Part shown: one piece after another, positions 44,804 to 55,600 of the stretch
Layout: every line of letters begins with the position of its first letter
Numbering within the stretch: the stretch's first letter is position 1
NCBI GenBank assembly: GCA_017437125.1
Contig: JAFSBV010000024.1
Coordinates: forward strand, 32,263-96,262
DNA from: Bacteroidales bacterium
Lineage (GTDB): Bacteria; Bacteroidota; Bacteroidia; Bacteroidales; UBA932
Direction: 5' to 3'
Length of the DNA: 64,000 nucleotides
Made by a program: the position numbers and the translations under genes
Notes under the pieces: generated by a model
Database searches by the model: none
What the model saw: only the letters and a program-made list of their open reading frames with translations
Told to the model about the DNA's origin: nothing

Positions 44804-46360
44804 ATGAAAACTTTGAAATATATACTTGGAGCCCTTGTTCTTGCAGCAGGTATGTCGTCTTGCGTTGGTGACCTCAACGTTACTCCGCTCGATCCAGCTC
44901 TGAACACTGCCGACAAGGCTCTTCAGACAGAGGACGATTATTTCGCTCTCCTCGCACAGTGCTACACCGGTTTTGCGACTTCAGGCTTCAAGGGCCCGAA
45001 CGGTGATAATGCCATCTCAGGTGTTGACGGTGGTTTCAGCCAGTACTATCGTGGTCGCTACCACCTCAACGGTCTTACTACAGACGAGGCTGTCTGCGGT
45101 TGGAATGACCAGACTCTCCAGGACCTCCACGGTCTTAACTGGACTACTTCAGACGTATTCGTAGCAGCGTTCTACTATCGTATCGCTTATCAGATCTCTG
45201 CTTGCAACGAGTTCATCCGCCAGGCAGACAAGGCTACAATTGACCTTCCTAAGAAGGATCAGTGGATCGCTGAGGCTCGTGCTCTCCGCGCACTCTGCTG
45301 GCTTGATGCTATCGACAACTATGGTGGATTCCCATTCGCTGACGAGACTAACTCAGTAGGTTCTACAGCTCCTGAGTACAGAGACCGCAAGGCTCTCTGC
45401 GAGTATCTCGAGAACGAGTGTAAGGAACTCCTCGACGGCAGCGCACTCTATGACTATGGTCAGGGTGAGTACGGTCGCGTGAACAAGGGTATGGTTGCAA
45501 TGGTTCTTGCAAAGCTTTACCTCAACTCTGAGGTTTATACCGGCACTGCAAGATATGCTGACTGTGCTGCAGTCCTCAAGAACCTCGAGGGCAAGTACAA
45601 GCTCCACACAAATGTTCATGGAACAGGTGCCAACGCTTATCAGGAGCTCTTCCTCGCTGATAACGACAGGTGTACAGACGAGCTTATCTTCGTTGTTGAG
45701 CAGAACGGTACACAGACTGCAAGCTACGGTGCAACAAACTACCTTATCTTCGCTTCTACAGGTGACACTATGGACCCTGCAGCAGTAGGTATATCTTCAG
45801 GTTGGGGCGGTATCCGTACAACTCCTGAGTTCTACGGAATGTTCGATGCTGCTGACCAGCGCGAGCTCTTCTGGGAGGAGGGACACACTCTCTCGATCGA
45901 CGATATCTCTACATTCAGCAACGGTATCGGTTTCCAGAAGTTCAAGAACGTGAACAGCGACGGCAGCGCAGCATCTGACAAGGGTTTTGTTGATGTTGAC
46001 TTCCCTGTATTCCGCTATGCTGATGCACTCCTCATGCTTGCTGAGTGCGAACTCAACGGTGTAAGCTGTGGTGGTAAGGCTGCTTTCGATGCAGTACGTG
46101 CACGTGCAGGTATGCCTGCTATCGAGCTCAATGCTGAGAATCTTCTTCAGGAGCGCGGTCGTGAGCTTTACCTCGAGGGATGGCGTCGTTCTGACCTCGT
46201 GCGTTTCGGCAAATTCACTTCAGACTCGTTCGTATGGCAGTGGAAAGGTGGTGTAAAGGACGGACAGGGTTGCCCTGCACACATGGCCATCTTCCCTATT
46301 CCGGACAGTGACAGATATGCAAACCCTAACCTCGTTCAGAACGACGGTTACGGTGCCTAA
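44804..46360 (+). CDS. susD: SusD starch-type binding lipoprotein (518 aa)
   Basis: Lipobox MSSCVGDLNVTP; TTDEAVCGW, DFPVFRYADALLMLAE and ERGRELYLEGWRRSDLVRFG. Confidence 0.96.
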   Translation: MKTLKYILGALVLAAGMSSCVGDLNVTPLDPALNTADKALQTEDDYFALLAQCYTGFATSGFKGPNGDNAISGVDGGFSQYYRGRYHLNGLTTDEAVCGWNDQTLQDLHGLNWTTSDVFVAAFYYRIAYQISACNEFIRQADKATIDLPKKDQWIAEARALRALCWLDAIDNYGGFPFADETNSVGSTAPEYRDRKALCEYLENECKELLDGSALYDYGQGEYGRVNKGMVAMVLAKLYLNSEVYTGTARYADCAAVLKNLEGKYKLHTNVHGTGANAYQELFLADNDRCTDELIFVVEQNGTQTASYGATNYLIFASTGDTMDPAAVGISSGWGGIRTTPEFYGMFDAADQRELFWEEGHTLSIDDISTFSNGIGFQKFKNVNSDGSAASDKGFVDVDFPVFRYADALLMLAECELNGVSCGGKAAFDAVRARAGMPAIELNAENLLQERGRELYLEGWRRSDLVRFGKFTSDSFVWQWKGGVKDGQGCPAHMAIFPIPDSDRYANPNLVQNDGYGA

Positions 46361-46390
46361 CATGTCGGATCATTAAAAAGTTTAAGAAAA

Positions 46391-48502
46391 ATGAAGATTA
46401 CAAAATATATCGTAATGCTGGCTGCTGCAGTAGGTATGACCGCTGCCTGCCAGAAAGAGGAGTTCGTGACCTTCAATCCAGAAGATGTCGTTGCTCCGGT
46501 TCTTCATGCAGTAGAGGATATCGTTGTTACTGTTGACAACAAGTCTGAGGCTGTTACATTCACTTGGGATGCTGCTGATTTCGGCGTAAAGACTCAGGTG
46601 TATTATTCTCTTGACATGGCTAAGGGTGGCAAGACTGTCAACCTCTTCAGCGGTGTATCGGGCACTTCTATGAACGTGTCTCTCGACAATATCAACAACA
46701 AGGCTTTCAATGACCTTGAGATTCCTTCAGGCGAGGCAGGTGACGTTACCTTCACTCTCGGTGCGAAGCTTAACGTAGGTGAGACTTACTACGCTGCTCC
46801 TGTAGCTGCAAAGGTTACTCCTACAGCTGCCGAGAAGGTATATCCTAACGTATGGGTTATCGGTAACTACTGCGGCTGGGCACATGACGCTTCACTCTAT
46901 CTCTGGAATTTTGCAGAGGACGGTGACGTATTCATGGGTGTAGTTGACTTCGGTGCAGGTGACGAGAAGACAGGCGGATTCAAGATCACTCCTGAGGGCA
47001 ACTGGAACGCAGAGTTCGGTGGAACAGGTACAGCTGACGTTGATCCTGCTTCTATCCCTGTCGTTACTTCAGGCGGTTCAGACATCAAGAACTTCACTAC
47101 AATGAGGTTCTACCACTTCTCACTCAGCACAACTGCTCTCACACTCAGCAAGAACTATGCATTCAACCAGGTTGGTATCATCGGTCTTAACGGTGACTGG
47201 GAGAACGACATCGTGATGGAGTACTCTAAGAACAAGCAGAGATTCTACGCTGATATCGACGTTGCCGCAGCTACTGAGATGAAGTTCCGCATGGATGCTG
47301 ATTGGGCTGTGAACTTCGGTGGTGACATCAAGGCTCTTTCTAACGGAGGTGACAATATCCCTGTAGAGCCAGGTCAGTATCGTGTTTACCTTGACATGAA
47401 CAACCTCGGTGCAATCACTTGTACATTCGACGAGAGAATGTATGGCAAGGAAGAAGAAGTAGGCGGAAGCGAGCCTGAGAATCCTGACACTCCTGTAGTG
47501 GAGAACAAGGGCTGGGGCATCGTAGGTACCATCAACGAGTGGGGTGGTGCAGGTGCTGACGTTGACATGAAGGTCGGTGCAGGCTGGCTTGTTGCTGCCG
47601 GTGTCGAGCTTCCTGAGGGCTCTGAGATCAAGTTCCGTCTCGACGGCGGCTGGGATGTAAACTTCGGTGGTACATTCGCAGCTGATACTGAGATCGCTCT
47701 TGTTGCAGGTGGTGACAACTTCAAGCCAGCTGCAGGTACATATGACATCTACCTCAATCCTGACATCCCTGCTGCATACTTCATGACAGCCGGTGCCGAG
47801 GCTCCTGCAACTCCACAGACATGGGGTATCGTAGGTACTACAAACAACTGGGGTGGTGATGACCTCGATATGGGTATGAAGCTTGATGAGGAAGGAAAGT
47901 ACTGGGTACGCAAGGGTGTTGCTCTCCCTGACGGTGGAGAGATCAAGTTCCGCTTCGCTCATGACTGGGGTGTAAACTTCGGAGGTACTTTCGCTGTTGA
48001 CGCTGTAATCGAGCTTGCAGACGGTGGTGACAACCTTAAGACCGTTGCTGGTACATATGACATCTATCTTGATGTTGAAGGTGCAAAGGCTTTCATCATG
48101 ACTGAGGGCAAGACTCCTGCTGATGCAGGTGAGGCTGTAGTTACTTACATTGATGCATCTGACATCAATGTAGGTTTCTCTGGCAGCGCTATCGGCTGGG
48201 ATGATCCTTCATTCGATACAAACGACAGAGCTTCTTTCGTAAGCAAGGAAGTTACTGACGAGGCTACTTTCGCAGGTACTTACACTTATGAGCTTGCAGC
48301 TCTCACAGTAGCTGAGAACGATGAGTTCAAGATTCGTATCAACGGTGACTGGATCGGTGCTACAGGCGCTACAGTTGAAGGTCTCGCTGTAACAGGTGAG
48401 GACAACTTCGTAGCTGGTGAGGCAGGAACATACAAGGTGACTATCACTTTCGCATGGGACGGTCTCAAGCCATCTGACGTAAAGGCAGTTTTTGCTAAAT
48501 AA
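46391..48502 (+). CDS. SusE/SusF family starch-binding surface lipoprotein (703 aa)
   Basis: Lipobox TAAC; SusE-type N-terminus (VTFTWDAADFG); repeated WG.VG....W....M...K.R....W..NFG...GTYDIY modules. Confidence 0.88.
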   Translation: MKITKYIVMLAAAVGMTAACQKEEFVTFNPEDVVAPVLHAVEDIVVTVDNKSEAVTFTWDAADFGVKTQVYYSLDMAKGGKTVNLFSGVSGTSMNVSLDNINNKAFNDLEIPSGEAGDVTFTLGAKLNVGETYYAAPVAAKVTPTAAEKVYPNVWVIGNYCGWAHDASLYLWNFAEDGDVFMGVVDFGAGDEKTGGFKITPEGNWNAEFGGTGTADVDPASIPVVTSGGSDIKNFTTMRFYHFSLSTTALTLSKNYAFNQVGIIGLNGDWENDIVMEYSKNKQRFYADIDVAAATEMKFRMDADWAVNFGGDIKALSNGGDNIPVEPGQYRVYLDMNNLGAITCTFDERMYGKEEEVGGSEPENPDTPVVENKGWGIVGTINEWGGAGADVDMKVGAGWLVAAGVELPEGSEIKFRLDGGWDVNFGGTFAADTEIALVAGGDNFKPAAGTYDIYLNPDIPAAYFMTAGAEAPATPQTWGIVGTTNNWGGDDLDMGMKLDEEGKYWVRKGVALPDGGEIKFRFAHDWGVNFGGTFAVDAVIELADGGDNLKTVAGTYDIYLDVEGAKAFIMTEGKTPADAGEAVVTYIDASDINVGFSGSAIGWDDPSFDTNDRASFVSKEVTDEATFAGTYTYELAALTVAENDEFKIRINGDWIGATGATVEGLAVTGEDNFVAGEAGTYKVTITFAWDGLKPSDVKAVFAK

Positions 48503-48507
48503 TTCAC

Positions 48508-48531
48508 GAGGGCGGCTTGACCGCCCTCTTT
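48508..48531 (+). terminator. Intra-operon terminator-like hairpin after susE/F
   Basis: GAGGGCGG-CTTGA-CCGCCCTC followed by TTT. Confidence 0.65.
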
Positions 48532-48585
48532 CATATTGGCCTGCCGCCCCTGACCGGACTGCAGGCCACCATAAATTCAAGACGA

Positions 48586-51459
48586 ATGAAACGTTTATTC
48601 TATCTTCTGGCTGCACTTGCAGTCGTTTTGACATCGTGCAAGGAAATAGTTCCTATTGAGGAGACAAAGACCCTGACAGTGACTCCTGAAGTCCTGACCT
48701 TCGGCTATGAAGGCGGTTCTCAGATCCTTACCCTTACGACAGATGCAGGCTCATGGACGCTTTCAAAGACATCAGACAGCGATTGGTGCCGTCCTGCAAG
48801 CACTTCCGGCAGGACTTCCACATCGATAAACGTCAAGGTGGATGCCAATACAGGTGACGAACGTGCTGCAGAACTCGTGTTTTCGGCACCGGACTGTCAG
48901 GATGTGACGGTTACAGTAACCCAGAAGGCTGGTCCGGAAGGCCCTGATACTGGCAAGATACCTGAGGGTATATCCGTTGATCCTGCCGAGCCTGATGCAG
49001 ATGCATCTGCAGTGATATATTTCAAGGCTGCATCATCATCGCCTCTTTACGGATATTCCGGTGGCGTATATGTCCATATCGGCGTGATCGTTGACGGCGA
49101 ATGGCAGTATGTGCCTGCAGACTGGAATGTGAACCTTGACAGATGCAGGATGTCCGAGGTGTCGGAAAATGTTTGGTCTCTCGATCTGGAACCTTCAATC
49201 AGGGAATGGTTCGCCTCAGGTACCACACCTGTGACCAGAATCGGACTCGTCATCCGAAGTGAGGACGGTTCTATGAAGGGAATCGATTCAGATTCGTTCT
49301 TCAATGTCGTTGACAACAAGTACAAGGAAGAAGTCTTTACTCCTGATCCAGTGGTGGAGGAGGCTGTTCCTGCCGGAGCTTCATATGGAATAAACATCAA
49401 TTCCGACAATTCAGTGACCTTCGTGCTTGCCGAGCAGGATAAGTCAGGCAATCATCATAAGTACTGTTACATCGTCGGTGATTTCAATGACTGGGAGCGT
49501 AACGCTTCCTCTGCAATGAAGCGCGACAATGCCAAGGGTGTATGGTGGACTACTGTAGAGGGTCTGGATCCTGACAAGGAATACCGCTTCCAGTACCGTG
49601 CAGGCACATCTGAAGGATCTGAACTCTATCTGAGCGACCCTTATACCGAGATCGTATATGACCAGTGGAACGACCAGTATGTCTCATCCTCGACATATCC
49701 TGACATGCCTTCATTCCCGGAGAAGGCCAAGGCTCTCGTCTCAGCTTTCAAGATTAACAGGGATACATATGCATGGAAACATTCTGACTTCAAGGTGGAG
49801 GATGCCGATGATCTTGTGATATATGAACTTCTTATCCGCGACTTCTCGGCTTCCAAGGACCTGAACGGAGTGATGGAAAGGCTTGACTATATTGAAGGGC
49901 TCGGTGTCAATGCGATCGAGCTCATGCCTATCCAGGAGTTTGACGGCAACCTCAGCTGGGGATATAACCCTAACCATTATTTCGCACTCGACAAGGCATA
50001 CGGAACCCGTGAGATGTACAAGGATTTCATCGACGAATGTCACAGAAGGGGAATCGCAGTGATCGTGGATGTGGTATATAACCATCTTACCGGTCTGAGC
50101 ACATATGCGAAGCTTTACTATAACGGTGACAAGACATCTGCTGACAATCCTTGGTTCAATGTCGATGCACCGCATCCTTTCAGCGTATTCCATGATATCA
50201 ATCATGACAACGAGATCATCAGCCAGCATATCAAGCAGAGCCTCGGCTACCTTCTGAAAGAGTATGATATCGACGGATTCCGATTTGACCTGACCAAGGG
50301 CTTTACCAACAGGAGCAGCAATGAATCGAGCGCCTCGAATTACGATGCTTCCCGTGTGGCGATACTCAAGGGGTATTATAACTACATCATGTCTGTGAAT
50401 AATGATGCAGTAGTGATACTTGAGCACTTCTGCGAGGAGAAGGAAGAGAGGGAGCTTGTCCAGGCAGGAATGAAGGTCTGGAGAAACTGCAACGGAACAT
50501 ACAGGAGCGCAGTGATGGGAGCTCAGGGAGACTTCGGCGGCATGTGGACCGGAAGCTCGACAGTTCCGTTCGGAGGATATGTAGGCTTCATGGAAAGCCA
50601 TGACGAGGAACGTCTCTGCTTCGGTGCTGATGTGGATGCTTCTTCGGTTACATGGGGCGTTATCGGCCTTGGTGACGACTGGAACAACGATAAGAAGATG
50701 AGTGCCGACGGTCCGTTCTTCGTTGTAAAGAACGTGACAGTCAAGGCTGACGACCGTTTCAAGATCCGCAAGGCAGGGGAATGGAATGATGCTTATAATT
50801 ATGGAGCTGCGACCGACAAGTTCAGACTTACCGTCGGAGAAGGATATGCCATGACAAACGGCAACGGATCGAAGGACATGTATGTGCCGGCTGCCGGAAC
50901 ATATGACATATATTTCAGCCATGCTGCGGAAATGGTATGGCTTATGGAGGCTGGCCAGCGTCCGGATGAGCCTGAGGTCGAGGAAGGTGAAAAGGAAGAT
51001 CCTCTTACCGTGGCGATGCGTCGTGCCGGTGCTTCGGCGGCGTTCTTCCTGACCGTGCCGGGCCCGAAGATGATATGGCAGTTCGGTGAGATCGGATATG
51101 ACTATTCGATCAATTACAATGACCGTACGGGTGAGAAGCCTGTCGTGACTGACGAATATTTGGCTGTACCAGAGCGCAAGGCCCTGTATGATACATATTC
51201 CGATCTTCTGAAGTTCCGTCGTGAGAATCCGCGCTTCTTCGATTCGGATGCGAAGTTCGGATGGACTCCTTCGGCTGCAGTAAAGACGATCACATGTACT
51301 GCGGACGGAAGGACATTCCATGTCGTGGGTAATTTCGGCACATCTGCAGCATCATATACGCTTCCAGCAGGTTCGTGGAACGATTATATAAACGGAGGTT
51401 CTGTATCCGGATCCGTGACTCTCAAGCAAGGTGAGTTCCGTCTCCTGACAGACTTCTGA
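48586..51459 (+). CDS. GH13 alpha-amylase family lipoprotein with BACON, N-terminal binding domains, CBM48-like domain and an inserted SusE/F-type module (957 aa)
   Basis: Start moved to 48586 (lipobox LTSC). SWGYNP, VIVDVVYNH (region I), DGFRFDLTKGF (II), ILEHF (III), MESHDEER (IV) and PGPKMIWQFGE. Confidence 0.92.
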   Translation: MKRLFYLLAALAVVLTSCKEIVPIEETKTLTVTPEVLTFGYEGGSQILTLTTDAGSWTLSKTSDSDWCRPASTSGRTSTSINVKVDANTGDERAAELVFSAPDCQDVTVTVTQKAGPEGPDTGKIPEGISVDPAEPDADASAVIYFKAASSSPLYGYSGGVYVHIGVIVDGEWQYVPADWNVNLDRCRMSEVSENVWSLDLEPSIREWFASGTTPVTRIGLVIRSEDGSMKGIDSDSFFNVVDNKYKEEVFTPDPVVEEAVPAGASYGININSDNSVTFVLAEQDKSGNHHKYCYIVGDFNDWERNASSAMKRDNAKGVWWTTVEGLDPDKEYRFQYRAGTSEGSELYLSDPYTEIVYDQWNDQYVSSSTYPDMPSFPEKAKALVSAFKINRDTYAWKHSDFKVEDADDLVIYELLIRDFSASKDLNGVMERLDYIEGLGVNAIELMPIQEFDGNLSWGYNPNHYFALDKAYGTREMYKDFIDECHRRGIAVIVDVVYNHLTGLSTYAKLYYNGDKTSADNPWFNVDAPHPFSVFHDINHDNEIISQHIKQSLGYLLKEYDIDGFRFDLTKGFTNRSSNESSASNYDASRVAILKGYYNYIMSVNNDAVVILEHFCEEKEERELVQAGMKVWRNCNGTYRSAVMGAQGDFGGMWTGSSTVPFGGYVGFMESHDEERLCFGADVDASSVTWGVIGLGDDWNNDKKMSADGPFFVVKNVTVKADDRFKIRKAGEWNDAYNYGAATDKFRLTVGEGYAMTNGNGSKDMYVPAAGTYDIYFSHAAEMVWLMEAGQRPDEPEVEEGEKEDPLTVAMRRAGASAAFFLTVPGPKMIWQFGEIGYDYSINYNDRTGEKPVVTDEYLAVPERKALYDTYSDLLKFRRENPRFFDSDAKFGWTPSAAVKTITCTADGRTFHVVGNFGTSAASYTLPAGSWNDYINGGSVSGSVTLKQGEFRLLTDF

Positions 51460-51482
51460 AATTGACAAAACAGTTATGTCCG

Positions 51483-51515
51483 TCCCTGCGACCGTCCGGC
51501 CGCAGGGATATTTTC
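51483..51515. terminator. Hairpin between convergent GH13 and ORF6N genes
   Basis: TCCCTGCG-N10-CGCAGGGA followed by TATTTTC. Confidence 0.6.
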
Positions 51516-51516
51516 T

Positions 51517-52401
51517 TCAGCACTCTCTTTGTAATCTTTCGCTGATATCATCTGCAGATATCCCCCGTATCAAAGTGAACCCGAACCATTTCTTACCAAG
51601 ATCTTTGATAGAGGCTCCTATGAGATAGACATTATCATCAATGATCAGGAATCTATCGTGGGATTTATTGTATATCTGAATACTTATCGGTTTATATTGA
51701 GCATTATGTTTTCTGATGTCGAGTCTCAGTTTCTTATCAATCTGTGATGTATATATTGTGGCCGTGACAGATACACTTCTTTTGTCAAGCAGAGTCAATA
51801 CGGTGTCGTCTATGTAATTGTCAATCAATATGATCTGACTTTCGGCGCTTCTGATCAGATCGGAAACGAACGAGTATGCATCATATATCTGTCCATCATA
51901 GAATATGCCTTGTGACGGTATCTGCTGGCTTCTGCCTATGATCTTCAATATCTCGATTATTCTTTTATCTGCCTCCTGCTGCTTGTGCTCCATAATGTCA
52001 AGACGTTGGAGGATAGAGGTGTTATGAAACGTCAATTTTCTGAGTCTCACAAAGGACTCGATGATTCTTATGCTTACTTGAATTGCTGTTGGGCTTCTGA
52101 GTACAGCTGATAGCATTGACACTCCCTGCTCCGTGAAAGCATTCGGCATTGCTGAAGAATGCTTGAGGGTCTTGAACCGGTCACAATTTGTGACCAGTTC
52201 ATGGAACTCATCTTCATTTAGCTTGAACATGAAATTCGTCGGGAAACGCTCAATGTTCCTTTTTACTTGCTGATTCAGCACCTTGGTGCTGACACCATAT
52301 AAGCCTGCCAGATCTTTGTCAAGAAGTACCCACTGATTTCTGATAAAGCGTATCAGATTGTCCGGTTCGTTGAGATGTCCGAAATTTTCCTCTTTCTTCA
52401 T
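51517..52401 (-). CDS. ORF6N-domain DNA-binding protein fused to a PLD-like nuclease-type domain (294 aa)
   Basis: Start moved to 52401. IRNQWVLLDKDLA.LYGV.TK.LNQQVKRN..RFP..FMF.L...E...FTEQGV.MLS.VL.S (ORF6N); C-terminal IDNY...HDRFLIIDD...GAS.KDLG. Confidence 0.88.
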   Translation of the reverse strand: MKKEENFGHLNEPDNLIRFIRNQWVLLDKDLAGLYGVSTKVLNQQVKRNIERFPTNFMFKLNEDEFHELVTNCDRFKTLKHSSAMPNAFTEQGVSMLSAVLRSPTAIQVSIRIIESFVRLRKLTFHNTSILQRLDIMEHKQQEADKRIIEILKIIGRSQQIPSQGIFYDGQIYDAYSFVSDLIRSAESQIILIDNYIDDTVLTLLDKRSVSVTATIYTSQIDKKLRLDIRKHNAQYKPISIQIYNKSHDRFLIIDDNVYLIGASIKDLGKKWFGFTLIRGISADDISERLQREC

Positions 52402-52429
52402 AACAATATTTTTATTGCCGTATAAAAAC

Positions 52430-52520
52430 AAAAAAACGCAATACGGGCTATACGACTATACCCATATCGCGTTGTGGACCTCTGAACGGACCACGGTGTC
52501 CAAACTTGAAAGCAAAGATA
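52430..52520 (-). promoter_or_regulatory. Promoter plus structured leader ending in an intrinsic terminator upstream of the ORF6N gene
   Basis: On minus: TATCTTTG (52520-52513), hairpin GTGGTCC-N7-GGTCCAC (52494-52474), long hairpin AACGCGATATGGG...CCCGTATTGCGTT (52473-52435) and a T7 run. Confidence 0.65.
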
Positions 52521-52650
52521 TGTAAATAGTTTTATTTTCCTAAGAAAAAGTAACAGAACTGTCTGTTGGCCTTTTTTCCAGCCTCCTGTGCCGTTTGGTC
52601 TGAGGATTGTTTATCCGCGGGTGATTTGGAATAATTATAAACGGACTTAT

Positions 52651-55600
52651 ATGGACAGGATTAGGAACATACTGATGTCTCTGGCTTTTGCATTTGCCGG
52701 CGGCATCTCGATGAATGCTCAGGGAGGCTACGTGGTAAGCGGAACCGTCACGGATCAGTTCGGCCCTGTCATCGGGGCGGCTGTGGTCGAACAGGGCACT
52801 TCAAACGGAACATCAACCGACATGGACGGCAGTTACTCGCTTACGGTGACCGGACCTTCTGCGTTGGTGGAAATCAGCTGTATCGGATATGCCAGCCAGA
52901 CTTTCGAAGCGGCGGCCGTGCCTTCCGAAGTGAATTTGAAGGAGGATACGGAATATCTTGACGAAAGTGTCGTGATCGGCTATGGAACAGTGAAGAAGGA
53001 CGATATGACGGGCTCCATCTCGGCGGTGAAGGCTGAAGAACTCAACAGGGGTGCGGTGGTCAATACCCAGGATATGCTCAAGGGCAAGGTGGCCGGACTT
53101 CTCGTGACTCCGGGAGACGGAGGCCCGGGATCCGGTTCAAGAATCAGAATCAGGGGATCTGCGTCTTTGAATGCATCGAACGATCCCCTCATCGTGATTG
53201 ACGGAGTGCCGATAGCGCAGGGCGCGGGAGGAGCCATGTCGAATCCTCTCGACCTTCTGAATCCGAATGATATAGAATCGTTCTCCATCCTCAAGGATGC
53301 TTCTGCCGCAGCGATATACGGTTCCAGAGCCTCTAACGGAGTGATTCTGATCACGACCAAGAAGGGCAAGGGGAGCAGGCCTCAGGTATCCTACAGCGGC
53401 TCTTTGAGCGTTCAGGAAATATCTTCAAAGGTTTCGGTCATGTCGGCAGAAGAACTGATGGACTTCTATTCAAAGACATTTCCGGCAGGAACACCGACGG
53501 GTGACAGGATAGCTGAACTCGCTGGAGATTCCGTGACTGACTGGCAGGATCTTATCTTCAGGACCGCCTTTGCGACCGAGCATAATGTCAGTCTATACGG
53601 CAATCTCAAGGACAGGATGCCTTACCGCGGATCAGCGGCCTATTCAGGACAGCAGGGAACCCTCAATGAATCACGTTATGACAGGGGAACGGTGGACATC
53701 AATCTTTCCCCGAACTTCCTTGACAGACATCTTACCTTCGATGTAAGTGCCAAGGGCGTATATTCATATTCGGACTATTCTGACAGCGGAGCCATAGGCA
53801 AGGCCGCATTCTTCAATCCGACTCAGGACCCATACTGGAGGAATGCTGACGGATCCATAGACTATACCACCACGAACGGCTTCTGGAATTACGGAAACGG
53901 AAGGGGTACAGGCTTTTCACCAAACACCCTTGTCGGCCCGAGCCCTTTGTCTATGATTTATGACAACCTGAGCGATGCGAAATCGGGAAGATTCATAGGA
54001 AGGATAGCTGCAGACTACAAGGTACATGGCTTCGAAGCCCTTCGCTTCAATGTCAGCGCCGGAATCGACATCACTGAAACCGCAACGTACAACGGAGTGC
54101 GTCCGGGTTCCTTCCAGGCATATGCCGATACCGGAAACCTGCGTGTCGGCCAGCATACAAAGGGCAGCTACCTTAGCCGCAGCCAGCTTTTCGAGGCATA
54201 TGCGGACTATACGGAGAAATGGGGAATCCACAACCTCAGCCTCCTTGCCGGCTACTCATGGCAGAACAACTACTGGGCAAACAGGAATATAACGTATTAT
54301 AATGAAACGAATGAGATCAAGCTCGATCCCGGAGAAACAGTTGATTCGCGATATCTGAAATACCGCCACGAGAATTATCTCGTGTCATTCTACGGCAGAG
54401 TGAACTACTCCATCGATTCCCGTTACGTGTTCACATTCACCGCCAGAGGTGACGGCTCGAGCAAGTTTGCCAAGCCTTACAGATGGGGCTTCTTCCCTTC
54501 CGGAGCCTTTGCATGGAATATTGCACAGGAACCTTTCATGAAGGGCGTCAAGGCCGTTTCTACCCTCAAATTGAGGCTTTCTGTCGGGATGACAGGCCAG
54601 CAGGACGGAATCGGAGACTATGTCCATCTTGCCAGATACACCATGTCGAACGACCCTTACAGGATGTACAACATGGGCAGTCCGTCCGGTTATATCCACC
54701 TTCTGACACCGCAGGCATATGATCCTACCATCAGATGGGAGACGACGGTGACATATAATGTGGGACTGGATTACGGATTCTTCAACGACCGTCTCAGCGG
54801 AAGCGTGGATGCATATATCCGTGATACGAAGGACCTCCTGAATTCGGTGCAGGTTCCGATGGGATCGAATTTCGGAAACAAGCTCATGACCAATATCGGA
54901 TCCATCAGGAACAAGGGACTTGAGTTCTCTGTGAATGCCATTCCAGTCCAGAAGCCGGACTTCAGCCTGCAGGTAGGATTCAACGGAACATTCCAGAATA
55001 CCGAGTTTACGAAGCTCAATCCTACGGAAGACCGCAACTACTATATTGAGACCGGAGGAATATCGAAGGGAACCGGAGGCTATCTCTGCCGTCAGATGGT
55101 AGGATACGCCCCATATACGTACTACACGTATCAGCAGAAATATGATGCGGACGGAAGGCCCCTGCAGAATGAATTCGTCGATAGGGACGGCGACGGAACC
55201 ATTACCGACAACGACAGGTACATGACAGGCAAGAGTGCTTCTCCGAAGTTCTATTACGGTCTGAACCTCAAGCTGACCTACAAGGACTGGGATTTCGGCA
55301 TCAACGGTCATGGAGCCGCGGGAACATGGGTCTTCAATGACTTTGCCTCCGCCAATTCCACAGCCAGTCTCGACCTGAATTCAGGTGCGCTTCCGAACCA
55401 GGCCATGCTTGTCAAGACAACAGGGTTCACCGCTCCGAACAGCGGTCGTCAGTGGTACTCGGACTATTTCCTTGAGAATGCATCATTCTTCCGTCTTGAT
55501 GACATCAATCTCGGATATACCTTCCGAGGTGTAGGAAAATGGGAGTCGGACATACGCCTTGCCGTAGGTATGCAGAACGTGTTCATCCTTACCGGATACA

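Noticed and set aside
49741-51321. 526-aa antisense ORF, and similar long antisense ORFs at 11767-12648, 40370-41440, 54385-55311 and 61959-63002
   Set aside because: They lie opposite well-supported genes, have no recognisable motifs, and are expected shadows of codon bias.
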